Source: Camelus ferus (taxonomy: Eukaryota). Taken from it: a stretch of DNA of 64,000 nt. A program made the position numbers and the translations under genes. The number at the start of each line of letters is the position of its first letter. Position 1 is the first letter of the stretch. Location of the stretch: the NCBI RefSeq assembly GCF_009834535.1, contig NC_045696.1:40550001-40614000 (forward strand). Direction: 5' to 3'. This document shows positions 13,289 to 26,810 of the stretch, one piece after another. The notes beneath the pieces are model-generated. The model had not been told where the DNA came from, did no database searches, and saw only the letters and a program-made list of their open reading frames with translations.

Positions 13289-14199
13289 CTGGAAAGAAGG
13301 AAGACAATTTGTAACTCTTAATGCAAGTGGGGTTTTAATAAGAGCACCTATTACTGCTTTAACAAGTCTGCACTCTTGTTATATTTACTGCAGCCAAAGA
13401 CTCGATCTTTCTGAAGTCTACAGCAGAGAAGGGCATTAACAGATTCATAAATCACAGTCTTATTTACACTTCTGTTTTTAAAATCAACATTTTAAAATAT
13501 GTGTTCTGCTTTGATTAAGGCCACTTATGTCCATGAGTAAACAGACTGTATTTGAACTACACCCGCCAAGCATTCCACCTCAGAGACCCAGGTCATACCT
13601 CCAACCTTGGCCTAAGTGCTTACTTAAGCTGTACTTAACATAATTGTGAAATACTAAATTTGCTAATTGTTCTAACTTTCTACAGATTCACATTGTAGTG
13701 TTTCCTTTGGAAGTTGAAAAGAAGTTTTTAGATTTCTTAGCCTTTGGTGGTTTAAGATGGAAGCATCAGAATTACTGCTACAAAATACTTTGGGTTATTT
13801 TGTTATGACGGTGAATGTAGTCTAGTATTGAAGGAATGAAGGTTTGATCCCTGGCTGTATCCCAGACATTCTGCTAAAATTCCAGAGCTACCTTGGATAA
13901 CTCAAGGATTTATCTTTAGGACTCTTATTTCCAAAATAAGTACATGAGTGCCTATAGTAGTTGACTGTTATAGAAACAGCATAAAATAGATTAATTTGTG
14001 AGAGACATATTAGTTCCACATCTGATTATATAATTATCCAAATTAATTTGCAATAGCAAGATAAATTTTTCCAACTTTGAGGTTTCTAATGAAAAGAGAA
14101 AATATCAATTGAACTTATAGTCTACCTCACTGATGTACAAGCAGATTGTTAATTTTACTCATCCCTACAAATCATGAAACTTTCATCATCATTGGTACC

Positions 14200-15340
14200 T
14201 TGCTTTTAGTTTGTAATAATATTTCTTTAAAAATTTGAAAAAGCTCAAGCATACAGAAAAATGTGGAAATATAATGAATTACTACATGCTACCACACAGA
14301 TTTGTAAAATTTAATTTATTATATACGTTAGAAAATTTTTTAAGTAAAATATTACAGATACAGTCAAAGCCTCTGTGTATCTCTTCCTTAACCCTCTCTA
14401 TACCCTTCCTACGTCAAGACAAAAGTAACTGTCTTGAATTTGGTGTTTATCATTCTCATGCATGTTTTATACTTTACTTTGTACTTTAAAGCATGTGTAT
14501 ATATTGCTGAACAATATATAATATTTTTTTGCAGATTTTTAAACCTTATTTAAATAGCATATCAAGTGTATTGTTCTGAAAATGCTTTTCATCCTATATT
14601 TTTGAGATTCTTCCTTGCTTCATTTTATTTATTTTACATATTTTGATTGCTGTATAGTTTTGCTTCATATGAATAGTCCACCATTTACTTATCTGTTTTA
14701 CTGTTGATGGATATTTAAATAGTTTAGTTTTTTTAGTATTAGAAAAAATGCTGCTATGAACATTCTTGTACATTTTTTCCCATGTACATGTCCTGTGTAC
14801 ATGCATTTCTCCAGATAGTGTCCTGTAGAGCATAGAAATGGAATTTCTGGACTGTGCTGTATGTGTCTTCTCAACAGTGCTAAGGATTATTGCTCTCCTA
14901 AATGAGTACCAGTTTACAGTAGAGTATGAGAATTCTCATTGCTCCATATCTTTATCAACACTTGCTGTTATGAAATTTATAATTTTTCCCAATTTGGTAA
15001 GTGAGATAGTATCTGATGTCTTAATTTGCATCCTGAATTAATGAGAGTGGGCATCCTTTTACATGTTGAGAGATCTTTTGGTTTTCTTTGTAAATTGCTC
15101 GTTCATAGTCTTTGCCCATTTTTTTCTTGTATTAGTTGTCTTTTTCTTATGAATTTGTAAGAATTCATTACACATTCTATAAATTACTGTTTTGTTGATT
15201 ATATGTTTTATCATTATCTTTTCTGGCCTGTAGCTTGCATTTTCAGTTTATTATTATATATTTTGCAGTATAGAAGTTTTACATTTTAATTTAGTCAAGT
15301 TTATCCATTTTTAAATCAGTTCTTTTCTTTATAATTTGCA
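14200..15340 (-). mobile_element. Old L1M fragment (ORF2 C-terminus / 3'UTR)
   Basis: Minus ORF 14594-14833 (KYPSTVKQISKWWTIHMKQNYTAIK) resembles the L1 ORF2 end KCPxxxxWIKKMWxIYTMEYYAAIK; typical antisense L1 text such as aatgctgctatgaacattcttgtaca. Confidence 0.8.
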
Positions 15341-15379
15341 TTGGAAACAAAAATTTGAACAGTTTCGGTATAAAAGACC

Positions 15380-15630
15380 ATGGTTAAGTGGCTAAGACCA
15401 TGATTCTGGAATCACATTGCTTGAGTTCAGATCTCTTCTCCATTATTTGTTGACTGTAAAACTTTGGGCAAGTTAATTAATACCTCTGTGCCTCAGTTTT
15501 CTCATCTGTAAAATGAGAATGATAGTAGTAGTGTGTTTATAATATAAAGTTGCTGTGAGGATTGAATCAGTCAACACATCAGATTATTTGCAACACATCT
15601 GGTACCACTCAATAAATATTAGGTATTATT
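15380..15630 (+). mobile_element. MIR SINE
   Basis: Core ctttgggcaagtt...ctctgtgcctcagttttctcatctgtaaaatgagaatgata and tail ctcaataaatattag. Confidence 0.85.
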
Positions 15631-15636
15631 GTTTTA

Positions 15637-15690
15637 GTTATTAATGTTATTAATAGTTATTAATGTTATTGGTTATTAATGTTATTATTA
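15637..15690. repeat. Short tandem repeat of GTTATTAAT (about 5 imperfect units)
   Basis: gttattaat gttattaat a gttattaat gttattg gttattaat gttattatta, at the MIR tail. Confidence 0.75.
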
Positions 15691-15771
15691 AATTTATTTT
15701 TATTCCTCCAAATTTTATAATGATTCTGCATTACCTTTATAGTTGGAAAAAAAATTCATGAACCAAAGCCA

Positions 15772-15857
15772 GGGGTGAGTGTAGCTCAGTGGTAGAGCAC
15801 ATGCTTAGCATGCATGAAGTCCTGGGTTCAATCCCCAGTACCTCCATTAAAAAAAAA
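15772..15857 (+). mobile_element. tRNA-Ala-derived SINE (camelid vic-1 type), short form
   Basis: A box TAGCTCAGTGGTAGAGC, B box GGTTCAATCC, A tail; TSD GAACCAAAGC at 15760-15769 and 15859-15868. Confidence 0.9.
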
Positions 15858-16599
15858 GGAACCAAAGCAAGTTTATTTGATTATCTGTTTCATCTAATGA
15901 GAGGTGAGCCATGAATACAGAGGGGAAAGAAAAAAAGATTGAAAGAATGGCTTTGTGTCTTTCCTGGATACTCTGTTTAAGAAATAATTCTTACCAGTCC
16001 CAGCTTGCTGGCACCACTTGAAAGACCTGAGTGTCAGGACAGTTTAGAAACCTTGAGGACTTCACAGCCAGCCAGCTAAGCCTCTGTTCATCCCTCCAGC
16101 CATCATTCTACAAGCATTTATTGAAGGCTCACTGTGTGTCATGCACTAAGTTCATTATTTATGGTGTGGCTTCCTTAGTACAAGTGATACACTTTCAAGT
16201 GTAAGGTTTATGAAAATAGTTCTTGAAACTTGGGGACATGAAAAGTGCACTGAATTAGATAGACGAAAGTTGTGTGAAAAAAAATTCTGTCACAAATCAG
16301 CTGGGAGACTTAGCTAAGCCACTGTCTTTCTCTGAGCTCCATGTCGTGATTTGTGAAGTGAAGGGGATGAGGAGGTGATTTTTATGACATCCTTTCTCCT
16401 TGGATATAAAATGATTCTTGCCACTGTGCCTTTTTTCTGGCATAGGTTATCAATAGCATATTTAGAAGAGATGGATTTGTGGGTCTGCATCTTATAGGAA
16501 ATCCACAGAAATCTAAATACTACATATGGATATGCAGTAAATGTGTCTGATGATTCTAACTAGGAAAGAGATTACAGTTAAAAAAGACAATGCTTAAGG

Positions 16600-16780
16600 T
16601 ATAGAATAGATAAACAAGATTATACTGTATAGCATAGGGAAATGTATACAAGATCTTGTGGTAGCTCACGGTGAAAAAGAATGCAACAGTGAATATGTTC
16701 ATGTATAACTGAAAAATTGTGTTCTACACTGGAAATTGACACAACATTGTAAACTAACTATAACTCAATAAAAAAAAAAA
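16600..16780 (+). mobile_element. Young 5'-truncated L1 3' end with perfect TSD
   Basis: L1 3'UTR (tatactgtatagcatagggaa...aaattgacacaacattgtaaactaactataactcaataaaa) with poly(A). TSD AGACAATGCTTAAGG at 16585-16599 and 16781-16795, at a TT/AAAA endonuclease site. Confidence 0.9.
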
Positions 16781-17139
16781 AGACAATGCTTAAGGAGATA
16801 ATCCCAGTGATAATTTTCAGCTGAGAATTGTTCTGTAGCCTTATCATAACAATCAGGCTATATAAGCAGAACTTGAATGTGTTTATTGTCTTACATATTT
16901 ATTATTTACATATTTTACTTGTCAGTAACCAACTGTCAGGTGATACCAATGAGACACTCTGCCTTGAAGTTATAATATCTATTCAGAGAAATTTAAAACA
17001 TTCACTTTCAAAATTTTAACAAGTCACATAATGTGTTCTCTTTACAACTCATGGTCTCTCTTAATTCCCTCCATCACACATTTATTTACTCTGTTAGACA
17101 TTGGAGATAGAAAGACAGTGATGGATATAGTGATGGTAA

Positions 17140-17375
17140 TGATGATAATAATTAATATTTATTGAGCAGTTACTACATGCCAGGCATTCTTCTAAGCATT
17201 TTATCTGTTTTATCTCATTCAATTCTCACAACAACCCTATGAAGTATGGAATATTATTCTCTCCATTAACAGCAAAGAAATGGAAGCATAAATGAAGGTT
17301 GCACAGCTAACAAGTGGCAGAACTGAGATTTGAATTTAGGCAACCTGGCTCTAGATCCTGCACTCTTAAAACTCA
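17140..17375 (-). mobile_element. MIR SINE
   Basis: aatatttattgagcagttactacatgccaggca...attctcacaacaaccctatgaag...gatttgaatttaggcaacctggctctaga. Confidence 0.85.
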
Positions 17376-18069
17376 TGCCTCATGCCATTAGACTGTACTG
17401 TCAAAGACAGATGGTTACAGACACTCTGTCTGAAAAATGCGTATAGCCTTGTTAAGGAGACCATTTGTCAATAATTACAGTACAGATTAACAGCAATCTG
17501 TGGCAGTATTATCACTGACTCTTCCCTACATAGTCAGGGAAGGATTCTTTTATTTGAGAAAAGCAAAGACGTATAAGTGTATTTTTGTGCAAGGATGGAA
17601 GATTAAGGATATATGGGATTTATGACTGTGGAAAACCCCATTATGTATATATTTATGTATTTAAAAATACTATTTCTATACTAGCGTGTTAATATATGCT
17701 ATGTACCTTATAAAAGGTTTACATTCAAAAAACATAAAGGAAAAATATTAATTAAAAATAATAAGATACCTAATTATTTTTTTTTCCACCCCATTGGATT
17801 ATCTTGAATACCCCAGTGAAATCATTGCTCTGACCCATAGTTATAATGGAACGTTGTTAACATAGGTTAGATATATTTAAAACAAATAAATATCATGAAC
17901 TACTTTATTTACAGATAAGTTCTCACATGAAGGACAGGGCCATCCATCCATGTCTTCTGTTAATATTGTTAGTCTCCATCCATGTGTCCCGTGGGATTTC
18001 TGGCCTGGTGCTTCTTACATAATAGCTCTTCAACAGAGTGACTGGTTTTTCTCCTTGTACTTTGTGGCC

Positions 18070-18490
18070 TACCCCAAAACTTAGGTAGTGTTTAAACAAT
18101 GGCTCAGAATTGTGTGGGTTACTCTGCAGCTTTGGTTATCTTGCAGCTTAGCTGGAATGGATGGTCTAAGATGGACTCACTCCCATATCTGGCTGCTAGC
18201 TAGTTGAACTAGGAGATCTCAACTGGATGATCTCATCTCTGCTCCACATGGCTTTCAACCTTTGGTAGATTAGACTAGGCTTCCTTATATAGCGGTCTCA
18301 GGATGGTATTTTAAGAGTGTGAAACTCCAAGGTCTCATTTCTATTGGTGAAAGAATGTCCAAGACCAGCCCAAATTCAGGAAATAGGGAAATGGATTCCA
18401 CCTCTTGATGGAAGGAGCTGCAAGGTCACATTGCAGAGGAATGGGAAAAGTTAACTGTAGCCATCTTTGAAAAATGCTAAGTCTATCACA
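18070..18490 (-). mobile_element. MaLR (MLT1-type) solo LTR
   Basis: acccaaaacttag..., ggtctaagatggactcactcccatatctggc, ccagcccaaattcaggaaatagggaaatggattccacctcttgatggaaggagctgcaaggtcacattgc...tctatcaca. Confidence 0.75.
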
Positions 18491-18904
18491 CTTAAGATTC
18501 AAATTTCTATGAAAATCAAATGAAAGTCTCTAGATTAAAACAGAGGTAAAATATATTTGGTTTTTTACTTCTTTTAATTTCCTGAAAGGATAAGGTTATT
18601 TTGATGATTTCTAAGATACATTCCTGTGCTTTCCTCTTACCCACGTATTCTTATGTGGAACAATAGCCTACTGATAAGAATCAACTTGTATTCTGCCTCT
18701 AATCAATAAGGATTCCTCTGCCACCATTAATTTTATCTAAGGTATGCCTTCCAGAATTCCAAGATAGCATAAACTTCTACTTAACAGAGAGTTTGCTAAG
18801 CATATTTCATAAGTAGTGCCCTTTGAGTTTAAGGCAACCCTGAGCTGTTCCAGAAAACCAAATGGAACTCTGTATACAGCCTATCTTCCCTCACCTCGTT
18901 CTTT

Positions 18905-19022
18905 TGTTTTAAATTGAGTTACAATTGATGTACAATATTATGTAAGTTACAGGTGTACAATATAGTGATTCACAATTTTTAAAGGTTATACTCCATTTAT
19001 AATTATAAAATATTGGCTCTGT
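18905..19022 (-). mobile_element. L1 3'-end fragment
   Basis: ttttaaattgagttacaattgatgtacaatattatgtaagttacaggtgtacaatatagtgattcaca; degenerate TSD ccctcacctcgttcttt / ccctcatctcatccttt. Confidence 0.8.
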
Positions 19023-20564
19023 TCCCCCTCATCTCATCCTTTAAGTGAGTTGGGTGAAATTTGCAAGGAGAGCACAAATTATCTGCCATTAATGATATTT
19101 ATAAATGCTAAAAAAGGAATGACCTGAAACATTTTTGTACTGTGTTTATTCTTGTTAAAGTGATAAGAGTTTTTCTGAACCCACCAGTCTTCTCAGGGGG
19201 CTGGGGAAGACAGTGTCAGCAATCTCGCTGGCACTTACGTTGGATTTGTGAACAGACCCATCGTGTGCAGACTTCTGGTCTACTGAGGAGTGTGTCTCCG
19301 CATGTTTACAGTGGTGGAGTTTCCTTGCCCTCTTGCCAACAACCACAAAATGATCAGTAATGAGAAGTAATTAAGTATCAAGAGGAAGAAAACAAAGACA
19401 TGAATTTCATGATACTCTCATGCTTTGTATTATCAGTGACTTCATTGTTTCTCTTGGCAAATTTTTAATACATCTGTGCTTGGCCCAGGGGTACGTACTG
19501 AGGAAAAGAAAAATTTTGTAATAGCAACAGAGGTTTGGGATTTTCAGGTTACAAAGGGGAAAAAAAAAGAGGAATGGAAAGTTACTTTTGTTTATACCAA
19601 ATAATGATGTCATATTCTTTTCATAAAGCGTCGCTGTCATATAATGCCTCATGGTTTTGCAAGGAGAAAATTTGCTTAGTTGTCAAGTTTAACACAGCCT
19701 TATGCATTATTATTTGTGACTATCATAGCCCGTAGAATGGCAGCCTTCAGGAGTGTAAGGGAGCAATAGACTGGGAATCAGGAAACCTGGCTTCTGATCT
19801 TAGCTCTGCTTTTAATTAGCTAGGCTCTGGGTTGTCACTTGTAAAATGAGGATATTAGGCTAAGTTGACCCCACAGAGTCATTCAGGATGAAACAAGAAC
19901 AGGGGTTCTTTCCCCTAATAGCTACCTTGTCCTTCACACCCTAATGGGTTCCCTAACAGCAGGATTTGTGCCTGAGACTAGATGATCTCTGAGGTCCCGG
20001 GACTTCCCGCTTTAGAGTTCTGTGCTTCTCTGTTGTCTTGTATCTATGGATACAAATACAGTGCAATTGGCCCTGAGAATCAGATTCTGCTTTGCTTTCC
20101 GATGTGGTGACCTCAGTCAGTTTTTCTTTGGCTTAAGCTGGTTAAATCATGGTGGATCTTGGTAAGGGTGTATACTTGCAAAAGAAAGACAGGTAGAGAA
20201 TTTGCAATTATTTACTTAATTTAGTTACAGGAAATGGCCAAATGTCAATAGAGACCTATTTCATCTGCCACCTCCCCCACAACACAGACACCCCTAGCCA
20301 ACTCCTCACTATGAAAGCTGAATTTTCTTAATCATTCTTTATTAATCTTATATAGCAAAAATTGCTTATTCTACATAATTGAGTGCTTTTAGACATAATT
20401 TAGTCTTCACTTACTTATTTTCATGTTTGAATGGTGGAAAGAGGTTATTTTGCTTCTATAAAAGAACTTCAGAAAGCTTCAGTGAAAGAAGTTGGTTTTG
20501 GTCTTGATCATTTAGTATGATATTGAGGTAGCCCAATCAAAACTATTCTGATTTAAAGAAGAAA

Positions 20565-20790
20565 GTAATAATGATAGCTTAGATCAATTCAGTACTTACC
20601 AAATCAGTCTGTTCCGAATACTTTGTTTTGATTAACTCATTTAGTCTTCACAAAAGCTGTTGTTTATCCCCATTTTGCAAAGGAGAAAACTGAGGCTTGT
20701 AGCTGTTAAGTAACTTCTTGAAGATCTTACTGCTAGGAAGTGGCAAAGGAAGGTCCTAACTTGGGTGGCTCTAGTCCAGCAAATCAATGT
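20565..20790 (-). mobile_element. MIR SINE
   Basis: attaactcatttagtcttcaca...ccccattttgcaaaggagaaaactgaggct...gttaagtaactt. Confidence 0.75.
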
Positions 20791-21164
20791 ACTGTATCTC
20801 CTTAGGGTCTTATAAGGCATACATAGTAAAGGAAAAATCCTGGTCCATTGTTAAATTATTCAACAAGCATTTATGAAATGCCTACTATGTCAGTTATACT
20901 AGGCAATATGTGCAAGTTTATTTTTATATCTGAACTAATGTCCCATTTGTTGACATGGGTATACTTAATTCTGGCTACCCAAAGTTACACAGAAATCTGA
21001 ATATGAATTCACAGTTCCCTGGCCCTTTCAGCAATTGGTCTATTCAGTAAAGATGTTTTGTTTTTGCATAATACTTATGTGCAGAAACTTAATGGAATGC
21101 ATTGCTATTCTTAAACTTTAATGTACTTTTCTTAACCACTTTGCTGGCATCTTGGGGGGTGGAA

Positions 21165-21345
21165 AGGGGGCATAACATAATCGAAAGAGTTTGAGATCGT
21201 GAGATCAGATGGATCTGGGCTTAAATTGCTGTTCCAGTATGTTAGCTCTGTAGCCTTGGACAAGCTGCTAAACTTCCCTGAGCCTTCAAATGTAAAATGG
21301 AGATAATGGTACCTGCTAACGGGTTTATTGCCCATGCTCTGTGAG
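21165..21345 (+). mobile_element. MIR SINE
   Basis: ccttggacaagctgctaaacttccctgagccttcaaatgtaaaatggagataatggtacct. Confidence 0.75.
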
Positions 21346-22959
21346 CACAGGGCCCCTGTTGTTGAGTCTGTCTTCCCAGTGTTCAACAGAGTTGGAGCTC
21401 AGCAGGGATTCGTTTGCATGACTGAATCACGCAGTCCTTGACAGAAATGATTGGCTCTGAGTAGGAACTGCCTCATGGTAAAGACGATTCATCTGTGAAC
21501 CACTGGCTAGAAATTTAGAAAAATGGTACTGTGAATCTAATAGAAGTAGCTGGAATGTAGAAGTAGCTAATGTGTATACACCTGTTTCCATATGCTTGGC
21601 ACTGTTTTAAGTGCTTTGTATGTATTATCTTACTGAATCTTCAAGAGTTTTAGCCTGAAGTAAAGACTGTAGGAAAGGGCTTTGTAAAGGTAAACTAAGA
21701 GTGGAGGCTCTCATAGGAGACATCAAAGTCAGAGAAATTAAAATCAGTATCGGAGTAGTGCTGATACTTACACAAAGTTCAGAGTGTGTGTGCGTGTGTG
21801 TGCATGTGCTGGGTACGCTGGGTGGAGAAGGGACATTGGATCCCTAAGACGTACTAGAAAACTCCAGTTAATGTCACTGAATTTTGAAAACCTTTATCAT
21901 TTATACTCTGACCTTCAACTCTCCCTCACCTCCGCCCCTCTGCATACACTCTCACATACATAAAATGAGCTGAACATCCCCTACACTCCTGTCATTTGAC
22001 AACACCTTTAACAATCATTAGTCCTGTTTTTATGTATGTGACATTTTATAAAGCAGTGTCATTTAAACTCGGTTTGGTAGGAAATTTGGGGGATACATTG
22101 TTTTGACGGCAAGATGGTTGCATAATGCAGAGTGGGTCTGTGCTAACAGTAGGACACATAGCCAAGGGACAAACTTGGAAGTGATCCAGGGCCTTACGTT
22201 TGAATGTCTTTAACATCCCACACTTGCTGAATTTAGAGAGCAGGCTGTCAGCTAGCTTTACATTTCCATTTGGATTTACCCTTCTCTCTGCATGGAACCA
22301 TTAAGCTATAACTTAGTTCCCTCAAAGGGGAATGGAAAGAGATGTAGTAAGATTATGGGGTTCTCAGCAGAGCTGGTTGAGCCCTTAATATTAACTGTCT
22401 CATGGTAAGTGTGATTCATCTATGAAAATACTGGCTATAAATAGATATTAATAGTGTTCAGTTGCAAAACAGCCAGGTTGTGCTTTTGCCACATTAGGGC
22501 AAAAATCTTGTTGAGTATTTTATTTGGTTTCTCTTAAAATAAAGAAGTAAGAAGTTTGTTTCCTTTTATTGCCCTAGTCACCCATATTTGAAGACACTAA
22601 ATTCAGCCAGCTACAGTAAAGCTATCTAATGGCTAAAAAAAGACACATTGAAAACCAGATAACCTAATTTAGCAATGGTCCCCCTTTATCTTTTTCTTCC
22701 ATTTTCAGTAAAAATCACTGAAACATTCCCTTAATGGTATTTTTGCTTGTAGAGAGGGCATGGATAGGGCTTCAGAGAGGAGAATAGAACCTGGGTATTT
22801 GTGATTCAGGCCCTTATTCCTCAGAGTTCTGAGTCCTAAGAGAGAGTCAAAATTACTTGCAAATCAAATGTGAGGTTCAGAAGGCAGTGTAGTAGTCATC
22901 TTAACCATCTCCCATAGTACCAGACACTCAGTGTTTTCTGTGCCCATCTACTCCATTGT

Positions 22960-23155
22960 TACACAGCTCTAAGTGTCTGAAAGGGCTTCCCTGTGAACTG
23001 AAATCTAACTCCCAGGAACTTTATTCTTTAATCCTGCTTCTGCCTCCAGAGCTCAGTCAAGCAAGGCTACTTCTCTCGCCACACTATGGTCCTTCAGTGG
23101 GAAGGGCTCTCTTCTTATTTCCAGATGAAACACTCAGTTTCTTTAAACATTCCTT
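22960..23155 (-). mobile_element. CR1/L3 LINE fragment
   Basis: gaactgaaatctaactcccaggaactttattctttaatcctgcttctgcctccagagc...tccagatgaaacactcagtttctttaaacattcc resembles the antisense L3 3' region. Confidence 0.5.
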
Positions 23156-25294
23156 GCACTATGTAGTTTAGTCTCCCTCACCCAACACACAATCTCACAC
23201 ACACATTTTGATTATACCCCTTTATACCTACTCTCCATTAGGCCAGGTGTTTCTTGAAGAAACGTATGGAGTTAGGCATAATTTCCCAGATGTTAAACAC
23301 AACTAAAGCAGTGAAATGGTGAGAGTGTATACTTGGGGAAGATCTCAGTAAGTCTTCTGATGCTGGATCTCAGTTGGAATGTTAAGTATAGATCAAGAAA
23401 TTTGATTGTAGGCATTTAATGAAGACTTATTCCAGTTTAGTTTATCAGGTGAGTGTTTGTAATACCTTTCATGTCTACATTGCTTGCTATATCAGTAGAT
23501 AGATAATTATTTGTCCTGTTTTGCAAGAGGAGGAATTTGACATTCAGAAAGCGTAAATAACTTTGGCTAACAAACCTTGGATCAGAAATGAAAACTCAGG
23601 TATTCTTACACCCCTTTCTCTCCAAGCTCATGACGGATTAATCAAAATTTGAACTTCCTTTTTTAGCTTGAATGTGTTCTTTGGGTGCTTGTCCACTAAG
23701 TGCTGTGGTCAGAGAAGCTGCTAGGCTGTAGATGCAGAATAAACAGCCTGCCATTGGGGTCTAATAGAGCAGACTTACATCATGGCTTTTCTTAGCTGTG
23801 TGTTCTGAAGAAAGGACAAAAAGAAATATAAAAATCTCAGAGTATAAATAGTTGATTTATCCAAGTTTTCCATTACAAATCAGTGGCTCTTTAAAGATTC
23901 TTTTCTCATTTAAGGTTGATACAGGGTTGGGAATGTTTTCCAGATCTTTGTGGAATAGAACAGAAGAAAATTATTTTCATATAGTCCAAGTTAGCTTTAA
24001 TGAATTTTTAAATGCCACGCTCCCAGCACGAGATCAGAGCTCTTGAAAATCATATGATTCTTTTAACAGTTTTCAAACTACATCACTTTTCATATTTCTT
24101 CCAGTTCTGCTCTCTGTTTTTTCTTGGAAACACAGTGATATTGAGCCAGTCACTTAACCTTTCTGTTCTCTTTGAATTTTTGTCCCTTTGGTTCTTAGAA
24201 CCAGTTTCATCCAACCCCCCCGTATTCAGCAACTGAGGCCTGTGGAAGTTGACTGATATGCCTGTGGTCGTGCCCAGAGGCAGCACCAGAACCCAGAGCT
24301 CTTGCCTGCAGCTCTGTTGTTATTTCCGTAGCAACACTACATGTTCATAAGCCAACCCTTACTTCTTCCAGCTCTAGAAAGATGTGAATCTTAAAAGATA
24401 AAAATGCATCCTCAGAGTACCCAAAGTCTCCCACAGATTTTTGTTAGCTTTCTCAACTACTTCCTCTCCCATTAGGTGGCATTAGGTCACTCTGAGTGCC
24501 TTAAGGACTCCTCTGGGCTAGACCAACCCAGCATAATACAGAGCTCAGAGGTGAACAGAGATTCAGAGATCAAGAGTTCCCATCTATAGATTCCAAATGA
24601 CATCTTTCCTTTCTCTTCTTTTATCTAAGAACCTGTGACTGGAATAGAGATTGTGTGTTACAGAAAAAATGTTGCAATTGATACAGTCCCTGGGCAGCCA
24701 TTTTGCTTCTCCTTTCCCATGTCTTCCCTTACTCAGTCTGTCTTCTTGTGCTGGGGGAATGTTTCACTCCTTGCCTTCCAGGCATATGAATCTAGATACA
24801 TTTACAGTTTCTCTTATTAGGGGGAAAGAAGGAAGCTAACTTTTGTAAAGCTCCAATTATCTGCCAGATAATATGATTCATGCTTTCTGTCCTTTATATC
24901 TTTCTTTAAAATTCAGACACATGGACTTGGTATTATTCTCCTTATTTTGCAGATGAAAAAGCTGAGATGTTGAGAAATTCACAACTTAGTGTGGTAGAAA
25001 AACAGATTCAGGACTAAATACAAAATACGAATAAACGCTATAAATAATGTCCAGTGCACAAAGTGTTTTGGGAGCATTTGAGAGGAAATGACTAACCCTG
25101 CCAAAGGGACTCAGTGAAAGCACTTCAGAGATAAGTTGGGCCTTGGAGGATAAGAGTGTCCAGGTCATATGTACAGGCTGAAGGTGGGTGAAGAACAATG
25201 TGTGGCAAATATCGACTCACTCCTTACAGCTGAAGTAAAGGAGGAGTTCAGTGGTAAAAGATGAGGGCAGAAGGGTAAACCATAGGCACGGGTA

Positions 25295-25975
25295 AGGCTG
25301 CTCATTACAGAGCTGTTTATCATAATGAAGATGGAAGAACCAAGTGTCCAACAAGTAACAGGGGATAATTAAATAAATTGTGGAATATCTGTATACTGAT
25401 CAATTAGGCAGTTGGTAGAAGTCAGGTTTTCAAAGAATATTTAATAATATGGGAAAATATTTCCAAGATACAATAAGTAAAACAATTTTTGGAAAAAGAA
25501 ATTAAACTAATTTATTCAATCATATTGCTTTCACATTTTGGGGCCTTTTTCAGACAGGGGAAAAGGATAAGTGAGATAAAGCCTTAAAGACACCAAGGCA
25601 CTGGAAGTTTGTCTTGAATAGCAGCTGGTGTGATTGTCCAAGGGGTGTGAGAGAAGATGACCAAGGAAATTTGAATGTATTAGATGTTAGTAAGATGTTA
25701 TTGTGAATTTTGTTAGATGTGTTAATGGTATTGTATTTAGAGGAGAGAATGTTCTTTTTATTTTTCTAGATACATAATGAAGTATCTAAATGTGAAATGA
25801 CATGATGTCCTGGACTTTACTTTTAAATATTGAGGACAAATAAAGGCAGAGGATAGAGGAAAAATAAGTATGGCAAAGTATTAAAAGGGTTGTTGAAGAT
25901 GAATGGGTACATGGGCTTTGTTATATTCTTCTTTCTACTCTCTGTATAATTGAAAATGTTCATAATGAAAGATTT
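25295..25975 (+). mobile_element. Old L1M (L1MC/ME-type) 3' fragments
   Basis: gctcattacagagctgtttatcataatg...aaataaattgtggaatat, then 3' end atgacatgatgtcctggactttacttttaaa...gggtacatggg...tgaaaatgttcataat. Confidence 0.65.
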
Positions 25976-26624
25976 AAATAAAAAGCACCAGGGACATAGT
26001 ATTGAATTGAATACAAAAATGCTTTAAGAAGTGATTCTCTTTAAAGAGATGGGGAAAAGGTGCAAGGTAGAGAAAAGAAAAAGAAGGCACTAATGTTTGG
26101 GTGTCTGGCAGAGACAAAGGAGCAGAAGACTGAGCTGTGTCCCAGGAGCCAAGAGAGAACATGATTTCCAGGAGCAGAGAGCTGCTGTGACCTCGTTTTA
26201 ACAACATTGCCACTGCTGAGAACAGTTTTGGAACTCCACTTTTGGAGTTTTCTGTTTTTGGAATATCCCTCAGCCATGGCAAAATCTGGTTCATTGAAGG
26301 TGAATTTGACTTCTGACAACAGGGAAAAGTTTCTTGGAACCAAATCTTAATAAATCAAGTCAGAGTTTGTGACCTTGACATAATGGGATTGGTTTTTGTA
26401 TGTGGCCTTTGAAGGGATTTTTGAAGACATTTCCAAAATGTGTCAGCCATGACACTTTTTTCAGGATAAGCTTTATACGGGAAAACTTTTGACAGAGTGA
26501 CACATTTGGGTTTATAACTTAGAGCTTTTGTTTTGTTTTTAACATTCCACTTACTGGTGTCCTGAAGCTTCTGGTTGTTTTCTAGAATCCCAATATAAGC
26601 AAAAAAGTAGGAAACAATATGGCA

Positions 26625-26810
26625 TATGAGGAAAGAGTGCAGGCTCTGGAACCAGCCAGCCGAGTTCCAGCCCTGTCTCCATCCCTGTGTGCTGTCCAGT
26701 TTGGGGAAAGTTACTTCAGTTCTTCTGGACTTATGTCTTGCAGGGTTGTTGGGAGGATTTGAGATCATATGTATAAAATGCTGTGCCCAGTGCCTGACAT
26801 ATGACAGGAA
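26625..26810 (+). mobile_element. MIR SINE (explains much of the 169-aa minus ORF)
   Basis: aagagtgcaggctctggaacc...ttggggaaagttactt...gggttgttgggaggatttgagatcatatgtataaaatgctgtgcccagtgcctgacat. Confidence 0.8.

Noticed and set aside
15772..15846. Genuine tRNA-Ala(AGC) gene
   Set aside because: The acceptor stem is unpaired, an A tail and TSD are present, and three related copies occur in the window, so it is a SINE.
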